Assembly: GCA_963662945.1 (NCBI GenBank)
Contig: OY759974.1
Coordinates: 2,240,001 to 2,304,000 of the forward strand
DNA length: 64,000 nucleotides
Origin: Arcobacteraceae bacterium
GTDB taxonomy: Bacteria; Campylobacterota; Campylobacteria; Campylobacterales; Arcobacteraceae
Direction: 5' to 3'
The position numbers and the translations under genes are program-made. Below are positions 49,847 to 58,640 of the stretch, piece after piece; positions within the stretch are counted from its first letter, which is position 1; each line of letters starts with the position of its first letter. The notes below the pieces were generated by a model. That model was given only the letters and a program-made list of their open reading frames with translations. It was not told the DNA's origin and made no database searches.

Positions 49847-50308
49847 TTAGTTTGAAGATTTTTTTTTGAGAAGCTGTCTATAAACAATCATATCAGAAAA
49901 TTGAAAATTTAGATTTTCATAAAATTGATGTGCTTTATAGTTATCTTTATCTGTTAGAAGTGTGATTCTTTGTATTTGTTTTTTTGTGAGATATTTTATA
50001 GTATATTGTAAAAGTTTTGTTCCCACAGACTTTCCTCTGTGTTTAGGTGTTATTATCATATCTTCTAGAAGTGCAACAGTACCTCCAAGTGCAGAACTTA
50101 TCGTATAAAGTATATTTACACAACCTATGATTTTTTCTTTTTTAACTACAACAAATATCTCACCAATATCATTGTTATTGATTATTTTTCGTAAAGCTTT
50201 TTTATGAAGTTTTTTATTGAAAACAAATTCTACCTCTTGGGTAAAAAGATGATATAAAAGCTTTGTAATAGCTTTGATATCTTCTGATGTAGCTTTTCGT
50301 ATTGTCAC
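49847..50308 (-). CDS. GNAT acetyltransferase
   Basis: LEDM...RGKSVG..LL, A..FY..L.F. Confidence 0.88.
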   Translation of the reverse strand: MTIRKATSEDIKAITKLLYHLFTQEVEFVFNKKLHKKALRKIINNNDIGEIFVVVKKEKIIGCVNILYTISSALGGTVALLEDMIITPKHRGKSVGTKLLQYTIKYLTKKQIQRITLLTDKDNYKAHQFYENLNFQFSDMIVYRQLLKKKSSN

Positions 50309-50739
50309 TATTTTAACATTTTAAAAATTTTTGGAGTTACTGCTAAATCGATAGCTTTAAATCCATCAAGATTTTCGATAGTTTTGTTCGCACCAGCTTC
50401 AAGAAGTAGTTTTACCATATCTTCTTTCCCTGCACTTGCACTATACATTAAAGCGGTAACTCCATTGTCATTCATTTTATCTAGATTTATTCCTGCATTT
50501 ACCAGTAATTCAACACAAGTGTAATCTTGTCCAAAACAAGCATTCCAAAGTGCTGTATTTCCATCTACATTTGTAATTTCTAAGTCTGGTTTTGTATCTA
50601 GTATCTCTTTTGCTATATCACTTCTAGCTTCTCTTACAGCTTTCATTAAAGCACTGTTTCCATGTTTTCCAACTTTGTTGATATCATTTTTATCGTAGTC
50701 ATTTTCTTCTAGCCATTGTAGTGTTGTGTTACTAAACAT
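50308..50739 (-). CDS. Small ankyrin-repeat protein
   Basis: GNSALM, GNTALWNAC, GVTALMYSASAG repeats. Confidence 0.9.
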   Translation of the reverse strand: MFSNTTLQWLEENDYDKNDINKVGKHGNSALMKAVREARSDIAKEILDTKPDLEITNVDGNTALWNACFGQDYTCVELLVNAGINLDKMNDNGVTALMYSASAGKEDMVKLLLEAGANKTIENLDGFKAIDLAVTPKIFKMLK

Positions 50740-51139
50740 TTTGTTCCTTTAAAGGTGTTTTTTTTAAGTGATGAGAGAGATCACTATCCATACTAATAAG
50801 ATGCAAATCAAACCAATGTGGTATTTTTTCTTTATAATAAGCTTTTAACATATTGATACCAAATCTATTCTGAGATAAGTTAATAAAATAGTTCATCTCT
50901 GCTAATACTTTACAATGTTCATCTTTGTGTTCTTTAGATGTTCTATATCCAGATTCATCCATGAGTTCCTCTTCAATACGAAAATGTATTTTAGAGTGTT
51001 CATAAAGTTTTATTAAATAGGTTCTATAGCTGTTATCATCAGTGATATCAACACCATTATAAATATCTAGAAATTCTTTATGTAAGGTGTCTATATCTTC
51101 ATTATGAAGGAGATGTTTTTCATCTTCAAAGTGTTTCAT
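50732..51139 (-). CDS. Bacteriohemerythrin
   Basis: ID..H, HF..EE..M, H..EH, W...H....D di-iron ligands. Confidence 0.88.
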   Translation of the reverse strand: MKHFEDEKHLLHNEDIDTLHKEFLDIYNGVDITDDNSYRTYLIKLYEHSKIHFRIEEELMDESGYRTSKEHKDEHCKVLAEMNYFINLSQNRFGINMLKAYYKEKIPHWFDLHLISMDSDLSHHLKKTPLKEQNV

Positions 51140-51145
51140 AATGAG

Positions 51146-51643
51146 TTACACGCCCATCCAGTTTTCATGGGTGTGTCCTTTTTGCTTAAATTTGATTGCA
51201 GCATCTAAAGCTGTATCAAAATTTTCGATATCAAATTCAGTTGTTAAATTTGGTACAATCTCTTTATATACGATTTCACCCTCTTTGTTGATGATAAAAA
51301 TTGATTTTGCACAAAGGGTATCGTTAACATTCACACCCATTTTAAGACTAAAATCTTTAAAATCACTAGAAGTGTCAATATTCTCTAACATTTTTGTAAT
51401 AGGTTGCGCACTAATAATGTAAGTTAATGATTTTGCAATATGTTTATTTATAACATTAAGAAAATCATCTGTAAGGCTTTCTTCATTTGGTACAGAGATA
51501 AGAACTTGTACTTTACTTGCCATCATTCCAATTACTTTTGTTTCTCCATTATCCATTTTTACTCGTATTGCAGGTGCTTCACTTCCTATAGATCGCTCTT
51601 TTTTTTGTAAAACAACTTTTTGATTATCTATTTCTATTTCCAA
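51146..51643 (-). CDS. Tpx-like redoxin apparently lacking the peroxidatic Cys
   Basis: G.EAP, ISVP, IFIINKEG.IVYKEIVP Tpx features; TTG 51643 after SD AAGGA preferred to 51745. Confidence 0.7.
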   Translation of the reverse strand: MEIEIDNQKVVLQKKERSIGSEAPAIRVKMDNGETKVIGMMASKVQVLISVPNEESLTDDFLNVINKHIAKSLTYIISAQPITKMLENIDTSSDFKDFSLKMGVNVNDTLCAKSIFIINKEGEIVYKEIVPNLTTEFDIENFDTALDAAIKFKQKGHTHENWMGV

Positions 51644-51680
51644 ATTATTATCCTTTTCATAATTTACTATACTTAAGTTA

Positions 51681-51696
51681 TGCAATATATGTACCA
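51681..51696 (-). promoter_or_regulatory. Sigma54-type promoter of tpx-like/hemerythrin/ankyrin/GNAT operon
   Basis: TGGTAC-ATATA-TTGCA (GG-N10-GC). Confidence 0.7.
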
Positions 51697-51881
51697 ATGG
51701 AATAGATTTTGTATATATCAAAAATGTAAATGAGTATATTGGCAAACAAATCCGCAGTTACCATATACTAAAACTAAACTTCAATATACTCATTTTACCA
51801 AACTAATTAGATAAATCTTAAAATGAATATGAAATATGATTGATTTTGAGATTTATCTAAAATCAAAAACAGGAGAAAAAT

Positions 51882-52268
51882 ATGGCAGTATTAATAACAG
51901 ATGAATGTATAAATTGTGAGGCATGTGCAGGTGAGTGTCCTGTTGCAGCAATTTTAGAAGATTCTAACGAAAAAAATCCAAGTGATGATAAATTTTATGT
52001 AAAACCTGAGTCTTGTGTTGAGTGTGTAGGTCATGCTGATGCACCAAGATGTGTTGAAGCCTGTCCAACAGAAGGTGCAATCGTATGGGATATGCCATAT
52101 ACAGCAGAGTTTAACGAATACTTCAAAGAGAGAAATGAAGCTGGTATTTACAATATTAGAGAACACAAGAAAAAAGGTCTTATGCTTCCAGAAGTAAAAG
52201 CGCAACCATATATGGAAGAGATTTCAATGAGTGATAGAGAATCTCATGCAAATATAGGAGAATGGTAA
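51882..52268 (+). CDS. 2[4Fe-4S] ferredoxin with C-terminal extension (FdxN-like)
   Basis: CINCEACAGECP and CVEC-x8-CVEACP. Confidence 0.9.
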   Translation: MAVLITDECINCEACAGECPVAAILEDSNEKNPSDDKFYVKPESCVECVGHADAPRCVEACPTEGAIVWDMPYTAEFNEYFKERNEAGIYNIREHKKKGLMLPEVKAQPYMEEISMSDRESHANIGEW

Positions 52269-52269
52269 G

Positions 52270-52650
52270 ATGTCAGTATATATTACAGACAGTTGTATAA
52301 ACTGTGATGCATGTATAGAAGAGTGTCCAGCAACTGCGATCGTAAGTGCGGATGAATCACCATTAGCAGATGCTGAATTTACTTATGTAAAACCTGAAAA
52401 ATGTATTGAATGTGTAGATACAACAATACCAAAATGTGCTGAAGTATGTCCTACAGAAGGGTGTATTGTATGGGATATGCCTTATACTGAAGAATATGAC
52501 TCATACTATTTAGATGGACAAGAAAATGGAATCTATAGTATTAGAGTTCATAAGAAAAATGGGATTTTAAGCCCAGCAAATCAACCTCGACCTTTTAGAG
52601 AGTCTATCTCTATAGAAGACAGAGAAGCTAAAATGGCTGTAGAGGTTTAA
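52270..52650 (+). CDS. 2[4Fe-4S] ferredoxin, paralog of upstream gene
   Basis: CINCDACIEECP and CIEC-x7-CAEVCP; shared WDMPYT tail. Confidence 0.9.
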   Translation: MSVYITDSCINCDACIEECPATAIVSADESPLADAEFTYVKPEKCIECVDTTIPKCAEVCPTEGCIVWDMPYTEEYDSYYLDGQENGIYSIRVHKKNGILSPANQPRPFRESISIEDREAKMAVEV

Positions 52651-52662
52651 TTATAAACTTCA

Positions 52663-52688
52663 ACTAGATAGTTTTCAAACTATCTAGT
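52663..52688. terminator. Hairpin after ferredoxin pair
   Basis: ACTAGATAGTTT-TC-AAACTATCTAGT perfect 12-bp inverted repeat. Confidence 0.65.
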
Positions 52689-52712
52689 ATAAATTCTTCC
52701 CATTATTTTTAT

Positions 52713-52729
52713 TGTATAAAATTTATTCA
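52713..52729. promoter_or_regulatory. TGTATA-N5-TATACA-type palindrome
   Basis: TGTATA-AAATT-TATTCA, 31 nt before -10 TACACT (52761). Confidence 0.6.
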
Positions 52730-52772
52730 TGATTCTCTTGGATATGTAACTCTATTATGTTACACTTTTATC

Positions 52773-53567
52773 ATGAAAAATATAATATTTACAGATCTAG
52801 ACGGAACATTTTTAAATCATCATAACTATTCTTTTGAAGAAGCACAAGAAGCACTTGCTATTATAAAGAAAAAAAAGATACCACTTGTTTTTACTACAAG
52901 TAAAACAAAAATTGAGGTAGAACAGTTACAAAAAAAAGTTGGTATAGTTGAACCTTTTATTGTAGAAAATGGTGCAGCACTTTTTATACCTAAAAACTAT
53001 CAAAACTTAGAGTTGGACTTTTTGAAAGACTTTGAAGAGTATAAAGTTTTAATATTTGGAAAGACTTATGAACAAATTTTGAACTTTTACAATCAATACA
53101 AAGATGAGTTTGGTATGCTTGGTTTTAGTGATATGGATGAAGATGAGATTGCTAAAGTTACTGGGCTTGAAATTCAAAATGCCAAATTTGCAAAACAAAG
53201 AGAATTTACAGAACCTTTTATTTTAAAAGATATTACAAAACTAGAAAAACTCAAAAATCTAGCTTCAACTTATAAAATTAAAATCACTCAAGGTGGTAGA
53301 TTTTTTCATCTTATTGGAGAAAAACAAGATAAAGGAATAGCAGTCAAAAAAACTATAGAACTTTTTGAAAAACTTTATGATGAAAAGATACACTCTCTTG
53401 CTCTAGGTGATGGAGAAAATGATATTAAGATGTTAGAAGTTGTAGATACCCCTATAGTAATCAAAGATTATAAAAATGAATATCTTAATATAAATTTACC
53501 CAATATGCAACAATCTACTTATCAAAGTAGTCAGGGATTTAATGAGATGATTTTAAAAAATGTGTAG
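52773..53567 (+). CDS. gpgP: Glucosyl/mannosyl-3-phosphoglycerate phosphatase (HAD-IIB)
   Basis: FTDLDGT, TSKT, ENG, REFTEPF, GGRF.H, GDGEND; cluster context. Confidence 0.85.
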   Translation: MKNIIFTDLDGTFLNHHNYSFEEAQEALAIIKKKKIPLVFTTSKTKIEVEQLQKKVGIVEPFIVENGAALFIPKNYQNLELDFLKDFEEYKVLIFGKTYEQILNFYNQYKDEFGMLGFSDMDEDEIAKVTGLEIQNAKFAKQREFTEPFILKDITKLEKLKNLASTYKIKITQGGRFFHLIGEKQDKGIAVKKTIELFEKLYDEKIHSLALGDGENDIKMLEVVDTPIVIKDYKNEYLNINLPNMQQSTYQSSQGFNEMILKNV

Positions 53568-54681
53568 AAAAGAAGAGCTAGAAAAAATCTATTTTCAAGC
53601 TGTAAAAGCAGTATTACCAAAAACGATTGTAAAAGAAAATCTACTTAAATATAAAGATAAAAAAGTCTATGTTTTTTCAATAGGAAAAGCTGGATTTGAT
53701 ATGGCAAAAGAGGCTGAGAAAGTATTGAAAAACAATATTTTAGGTGGTGTTGCTATCTCTAATAAAGAAGGTAAGTTAAAAAAGATAAAACATTTTACTT
53801 CTACACATCCACTTGTTTCTCAAAAAAGTGTTAAATCAGCTAAATTACTGCTTCAAGAGATTAAAAAACTCAAAAATACTGATAGTTTTATTTTCTTTCT
53901 AAGTGGTGGTGCTTCTGCTATGGTTGAGCTACCCAAAGATGGTATGAGTTTAAATGAATTTAAAAAAATATCTTCCAAACTTTTAACTTCTGGTATTGAT
54001 ATAAAAGAGTTAAATAAAGAGAGAAAAAAACTCTCACAAATAAAAGGTGGAAAGTTAGCAGATAAATTTAAAACCAAAAAAGGTGTTGTATTTGTTTTAA
54101 GTGATGTAATAGGGGATGATATGAACACTATAGGTTCTGCTCCTATGAATAATGGAAAGTTTACACATACACTTATAGGAAACAATACAAAAGCACTTCA
54201 AGAAGCTAAAAAATATATTTCATCTAAAGTAGAACATACAAAAATCATAACAACAACTTTGGATATGAATACTTCAGATGCTTCAAAATTTATTGAAAAA
54301 TGTATCAACAAATATGATAAACGATATAAAAGTTTTTCTTTACTTTTTGGTGGCGAAACAACTACAAAAGTAAAAGGAACTGGTAAAGGTGGAAGAAATC
54401 AAGAGTTAGCTTTAAAGCTACTAGTACAAAAAAGTATTACGAAAGATATCTCACTTTTATGTGCTGGAAGTGATGGTGGAGATGGAAACTCTGATGCTAC
54501 GGGTGCATTTGTTGATTTTGATATTTATAAAAAAATTGAACAAGAGAAGTTAAATCCAAAAGATTATTTAAAAAATAGTGATAGTAATACATTTTTTCAT
54601 AAATTAGGGTACGATTTTGTAACAGGAAAAACTGGTACAAATGTAATGGATTTTATAATAGTATTAAAAAAGCCTAATTAG
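53560..54681 (+). CDS. Glycerate kinase (MOFRL/GckA type)
   Basis: IGKA, HP, SGGASA, IKGG, SDV.GD, GGET, GGRNQE, TGTNVMD. Confidence 0.9.
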   Translation: MCRKEELEKIYFQAVKAVLPKTIVKENLLKYKDKKVYVFSIGKAGFDMAKEAEKVLKNNILGGVAISNKEGKLKKIKHFTSTHPLVSQKSVKSAKLLLQEIKKLKNTDSFIFFLSGGASAMVELPKDGMSLNEFKKISSKLLTSGIDIKELNKERKKLSQIKGGKLADKFKTKKGVVFVLSDVIGDDMNTIGSAPMNNGKFTHTLIGNNTKALQEAKKYISSKVEHTKIITTTLDMNTSDASKFIEKCINKYDKRYKSFSLLFGGETTTKVKGTGKGGRNQELALKLLVQKSITKDISLLCAGSDGGDGNSDATGAFVDFDIYKKIEQEKLNPKDYLKNSDSNTFFHKLGYDFVTGKTGTNVMDFIIVLKKPN

Positions 54682-54718
54682 TTTTTCTTGCATAATTATT
54701 ACAAGTTGATTACTGAAA

Positions 54719-54735
54719 TGTGTAGATTTTATACA
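54719..54735. promoter_or_regulatory. TGTATA-N5-TATACA-type palindrome
   Basis: TGTGTA-GATTT-TATACA, 32 nt before TATAAT (54768). Confidence 0.65.
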
Positions 54736-54805
54736 TCTCTTCTATTTTCTATAGAGGTTAATGTTGTTATAATCTATACATAAAAAAATGTAAGGTGAAT
54801 ATATT

Positions 54806-56029
54806 ATGGCAGATTTTTTTCAAAACGGTAGTATAACTACATTACAAAATGTTTCTAATTTAAATTTAGAAAGTATGGAAAAAGAATTAGAAAAGTTTAG
54901 TAAAAGAAGAAATATGGTTCTTCTTTTACCAGCTCTTTATAGTGAGTTTGAAACGCCAGCTATGAAGAAAATACTTCAAGAACTCAAAGGTGTAAAATAT
55001 CTTTATAAGATTATCTTAGGTTTAGACAGAGCTACAAAAAAACAATTTGAAGATGTTAAAAAAATTATGGCAACTTTGGGTGTGAAAGTAGATGTTTTGT
55101 GGAATGATGGTCCACAAATGAAAGCAATGTATAAAAAGTTTGATGATAATGACTTTAGAAGTACTAATATAAAAGGAAAAGGTAGGAATGTTTGGACTAT
55201 GATAGGTTATGCCTTATCTGATCCAGATGCTTATGCTTTTGCTCTGCATGATTGTGATATTGTAAATTATACAAGAGAAATACCAGCAAGACTTTTTTAT
55301 CCTATAGTTCATCCAGCATTAGATTTTGAATTTAATAAAGGATATTATTCTAGAGTTACAGATAAGCTTCATGGAAGAGTTACACGGTTGTTTTATTCTC
55401 CTCTTATTAAAGCTTTGAAAAAAACTTATGGTACAACTGAATATCTTGATTATATGGATAGTTTTAGGTATTCACTTTCTGGAGAATTTGCATTTATACG
55501 AACACTTGCACGAGGTATAAGAATCTCTCCAACGTGGGGACTAGAAGTTTCAACATTGAGTGAAGTGTATGAAAATACTTCAGTGAGAAGAATTTGTCAA
55601 ACTGAAATTATGGAAACCTACGAACATAAACATCAAGAGTTAAAAAATATAGAACCATCAAAAGAGTTAGAAGGTGGTGTTGCAAAAATGGCTATTGATA
55701 TAGCACAAACTATGTTTAGAATTATGTCTCAGAGAGGTGTAACTTTTTCAAAGGAATCTTTAAAAACATTACGAACATCATTTTTTCAAGAGAGTCGAAG
55801 AGCTATATCAAGATATGATGCACTAGCAAAATTCAATTCACTTCATTTTGATAGAAAAAAAGAGATTGAAGCAGTTGAGACTTTTGATAAAGCATTAAAA
55901 CAAGCTTGTAAAGAGTTTTCAAAAGACCCTTTAGGTGTTCCTTCTCTTTCAGCTTGGATTAGTGTTCGTTCTGTACTTCCTGAGTTATCAGAAGAGTTTA
56001 TAAATATTGTGAATAAAGATAATAAATAA
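54806..56029 (+). CDS. gpgS: Glucosyl-3-phosphoglycerate synthase
   Basis: DFFQ...ITT, GKGRNVW, HDCDI, KGYYSR, GRVTRL, RY.LSGEF, WGLE, YEHKHQ. Confidence 0.85.
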   Translation: MADFFQNGSITTLQNVSNLNLESMEKELEKFSKRRNMVLLLPALYSEFETPAMKKILQELKGVKYLYKIILGLDRATKKQFEDVKKIMATLGVKVDVLWNDGPQMKAMYKKFDDNDFRSTNIKGKGRNVWTMIGYALSDPDAYAFALHDCDIVNYTREIPARLFYPIVHPALDFEFNKGYYSRVTDKLHGRVTRLFYSPLIKALKKTYGTTEYLDYMDSFRYSLSGEFAFIRTLARGIRISPTWGLEVSTLSEVYENTSVRRICQTEIMETYEHKHQELKNIEPSKELEGGVAKMAIDIAQTMFRIMSQRGVTFSKESLKTLRTSFFQESRRAISRYDALAKFNSLHFDRKKEIEAVETFDKALKQACKEFSKDPLGVPSLSAWISVRSVLPELSEEFINIVNKDNK

Positions 56030-57798
56030 TGGCAACAGAAGAACACTATACTATGCACACTACAGAAGATAGAATCAAGTTTATCAAAGAGTCATTGTTT
56101 GCTATTTATAATGAACATGATGCAAAAAAAGCCTATAGTTCAATATTGTTAATGATAGAGATTTATAAGCAAAAAATAGAAAGTAAGCCTTATATACTTA
56201 GTCAAAAAGATGTTATCTTAATCACTTATGGAGATCAAATATTTCACGAAGGTGAAACAGCACTTGCTACACTGAATAGATTTTTAAACGAGTATGTACA
56301 AGATTGTATCAATACAGTACATATTCTCCCTTTTTACCCTTACTCTTCAGATGATGGTTTTTCTATTGTAAACTATAAAGGGGTTTGTCCATTAAAAGGT
56401 TCATGGAAAGATATTAAAAAACTCTCTGAAAACCATAGATTAATGTTTGATGGTGTTATAAATCATGTAAGTCATCTCAGTCGTTGGTTTAATCATTATT
56501 TAGAAAATGATCCAGAATTTGCAGAATTTTTTATAGATTTAGATCCTCTTACAGATTTAAGCAATGTTGTAAGACCAAGAACATCTCCTCTTTTAACAGA
56601 GTTTACAGATATTGAAGGAAAAATTCGACATATCTGGACCACGTTTAGTAATGATCAGGTGGATTTAAATTACGCAAATTATAAAGTACTTTTAAAAGTT
56701 TTAGATGTATTGTTATTTTATGTGGAACATGGTGCAACTCTTTTACGACTTGATGCTATTGCTTTTATTTGGAAAGAGATAGGAAGTAGTTGTGTTCATC
56801 TTCCTCAAACACATGAATTGATTCAATTAATGCGTCAAGTAATTCATGAAGTTGCACCTGAAGTTTTTATTATCACTGAAACAAATGTACCTCATGATGA
56901 AAATATCTCTTATTTTGGAGAAGGTGATGATGAAGCGCAGATGGTTTATAATTTTGCTTTACCTCCGCTTTTAGCTTTTTCTGTGTTAAAAGGTGATACT
57001 ACAAAACTTACTGCATGGGCAAAAACTTTAACACTTCCTAGTGATAAGGTGTGTTTTTTCAACTTTACGGCAAGTCATGATGGAGTAGGGGTTCGAGCTG
57101 TTAATGATATTCTTGATGATGAAGAGTTAAACTTTTTAGTAAAATCTTGTGAAAACCATGGTGGATTAGTTTCTTATCGTGCTGTAGGTGATGAAGAAAA
57201 ATCACCGTATGAATTAAACTGTAGTTATATTGATATTTTAACTGACCCAAAAGAGAGTATTGCTTTACGAATAAAAAGAATGCTTCTATCTCAAGCAGTT
57301 GTACTTTCAATGCCAGGAGTTCCTGGGATTTATTTCCATTCTTTGGTTGGTTCAGAAAGTTATCATGAAGCCGTACGAAAAACAAGAAGAAATAGGGCAA
57401 TTAATCGAGAGAAATTAAATTTTGATAATATTAAAGAACAATTAGAAGAAGATGGGAGCTTAAGAAAGTTACTTTTTAAGAAATATAAACAACTTATCTC
57501 TATAAGAATTAATGAAGCAGCTTTTAATCCTTTCTCAAAATTTGAGTTTTTAGATTTTGGAAAAGACATCTTTGCCATAAGACAATATGCTGAAGATGAA
57601 GATGAGTCGATCTTAGCATTACATAACTTTGCGAATCATGAAGTAGAAGTTGATTTAAGACAAGTTACTTCTGAGATATTAATAGATATAATTGCACACA
57701 ATATTGGTATTAAAAATAAAGTTATTATGCAACCGTACGATGTATTATGGTTGAAAAAAGATAAAAAAGAAAAACAGAATCAGAAGGAGAAAAAATGA
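56029..57798 (+). CDS. GH13_18 sugar phosphorylase, likely glucosylglycerate phosphorylase
   Basis: LITYGD, HILPF, RLDA, ETN, SHDG, YELN (ETN/YE pattern rather than sucrose phosphorylase EIH/YQ). Confidence 0.85.
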   Translation: MATEEHYTMHTTEDRIKFIKESLFAIYNEHDAKKAYSSILLMIEIYKQKIESKPYILSQKDVILITYGDQIFHEGETALATLNRFLNEYVQDCINTVHILPFYPYSSDDGFSIVNYKGVCPLKGSWKDIKKLSENHRLMFDGVINHVSHLSRWFNHYLENDPEFAEFFIDLDPLTDLSNVVRPRTSPLLTEFTDIEGKIRHIWTTFSNDQVDLNYANYKVLLKVLDVLLFYVEHGATLLRLDAIAFIWKEIGSSCVHLPQTHELIQLMRQVIHEVAPEVFIITETNVPHDENISYFGEGDDEAQMVYNFALPPLLAFSVLKGDTTKLTAWAKTLTLPSDKVCFFNFTASHDGVGVRAVNDILDDEELNFLVKSCENHGGLVSYRAVGDEEKSPYELNCSYIDILTDPKESIALRIKRMLLSQAVVLSMPGVPGIYFHSLVGSESYHEAVRKTRRNRAINREKLNFDNIKEQLEEDGSLRKLLFKKYKQLISIRINEAAFNPFSKFEFLDFGKDIFAIRQYAEDEDESILALHNFANHEVEVDLRQVTSEILIDIIAHNIGIKNKVIMQPYDVLWLKKDKKEKQNQKEKK

Positions 57799-58634
57799 TC
57801 AAAAAATGTTTATTTCCAGCAGCAGGATATGGTACAAGATTTTTACCAGCAACAAAAGCTATGCCTAAAGAGATGTTGCCTATCTTAACAAAGCCACTTA
57901 TTCAATATGGAGTTGAAGAGGCTATGGAAGCTGGATGTGATGTTATGGCTATTATTACAGGACGTGGTAAGAGAGCTATTACTGATCATTTTGATATCTC
58001 TTATGAATTAGAACATCAAATAAAAGGGAGTTCTAAAGAAGAGCTTCTGGGTGATATTAGAAATATTATGGATAAGTGTACTTTTACCTATACGAGACAA
58101 AATGAGATGAGAGGTTTAGGTGATGCTATTTATAAAGGAAATGTACTTGTAGGATTTCAAAATCCATTTGCTGTTATCCTTGCTGATGACCTTTGTGTTA
58201 ATCCTGATGGTGATGGAATATTAAAACAGATGGTTGATTTGCATTATAAATACAAATGTTGTGTAGTAGCAACTATGGAGGTACCAAACGAAGATGTTCA
58301 TAAATATGGTGTAATTGAGGGTAAAGAGATTGAAGAGGGTGTTTATATGGTTTCAAATATGGTTGAAAAACCAGACAATGATAAGGCACCTTCTAATTTA
58401 GCTGTTATTGGAAGATATATTTTAACTCCAGATATTTTTGATATGATTAAAAATGTAAAGCCTGGTAAAAATGGCGAGATTCAAATTACAGATGCTTTAT
58501 GTGAACAAGCGAAAAAGGGGATGGTAATAGCATACAAATTTAAAGGGAAAAGGTTTGATTGTGGAAGTGTTGATGGTTTTGTAGAAGCTACAAACTATTT
58601 TTATAATAAATTAAATACAAAAGAGAAAAAGTAG
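57795..58634 (+). CDS. galU: UTP-glucose-1-phosphate uridylyltransferase
   Basis: PAAGYGTRFLPATKAMPKEMLP, LADD, VEKP, GEIQITDA. Confidence 0.96.
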   Translation: MIKKCLFPAAGYGTRFLPATKAMPKEMLPILTKPLIQYGVEEAMEAGCDVMAIITGRGKRAITDHFDISYELEHQIKGSSKEELLGDIRNIMDKCTFTYTRQNEMRGLGDAIYKGNVLVGFQNPFAVILADDLCVNPDGDGILKQMVDLHYKYKCCVVATMEVPNEDVHKYGVIEGKEIEEGVYMVSNMVEKPDNDKAPSNLAVIGRYILTPDIFDMIKNVKPGKNGEIQITDALCEQAKKGMVIAYKFKGKRFDCGSVDGFVEATNYFYNKLNTKEKK

Positions 58635-58640
58635 TATATT

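Noticed and set aside
51644-51745. N-terminal 34 codons of the ORF-track tpx-like gene (also early starts at 8111, 15821, 32944, 35063)
   Set aside because: These extensions run through promoter elements or the SD; downstream starts fit better
56029-57798. Sucrose phosphorylase call
   Set aside because: ETN/YELN residues and gpgS/gpgP/glycerate kinase context favour glucosylglycerate phosphorylase
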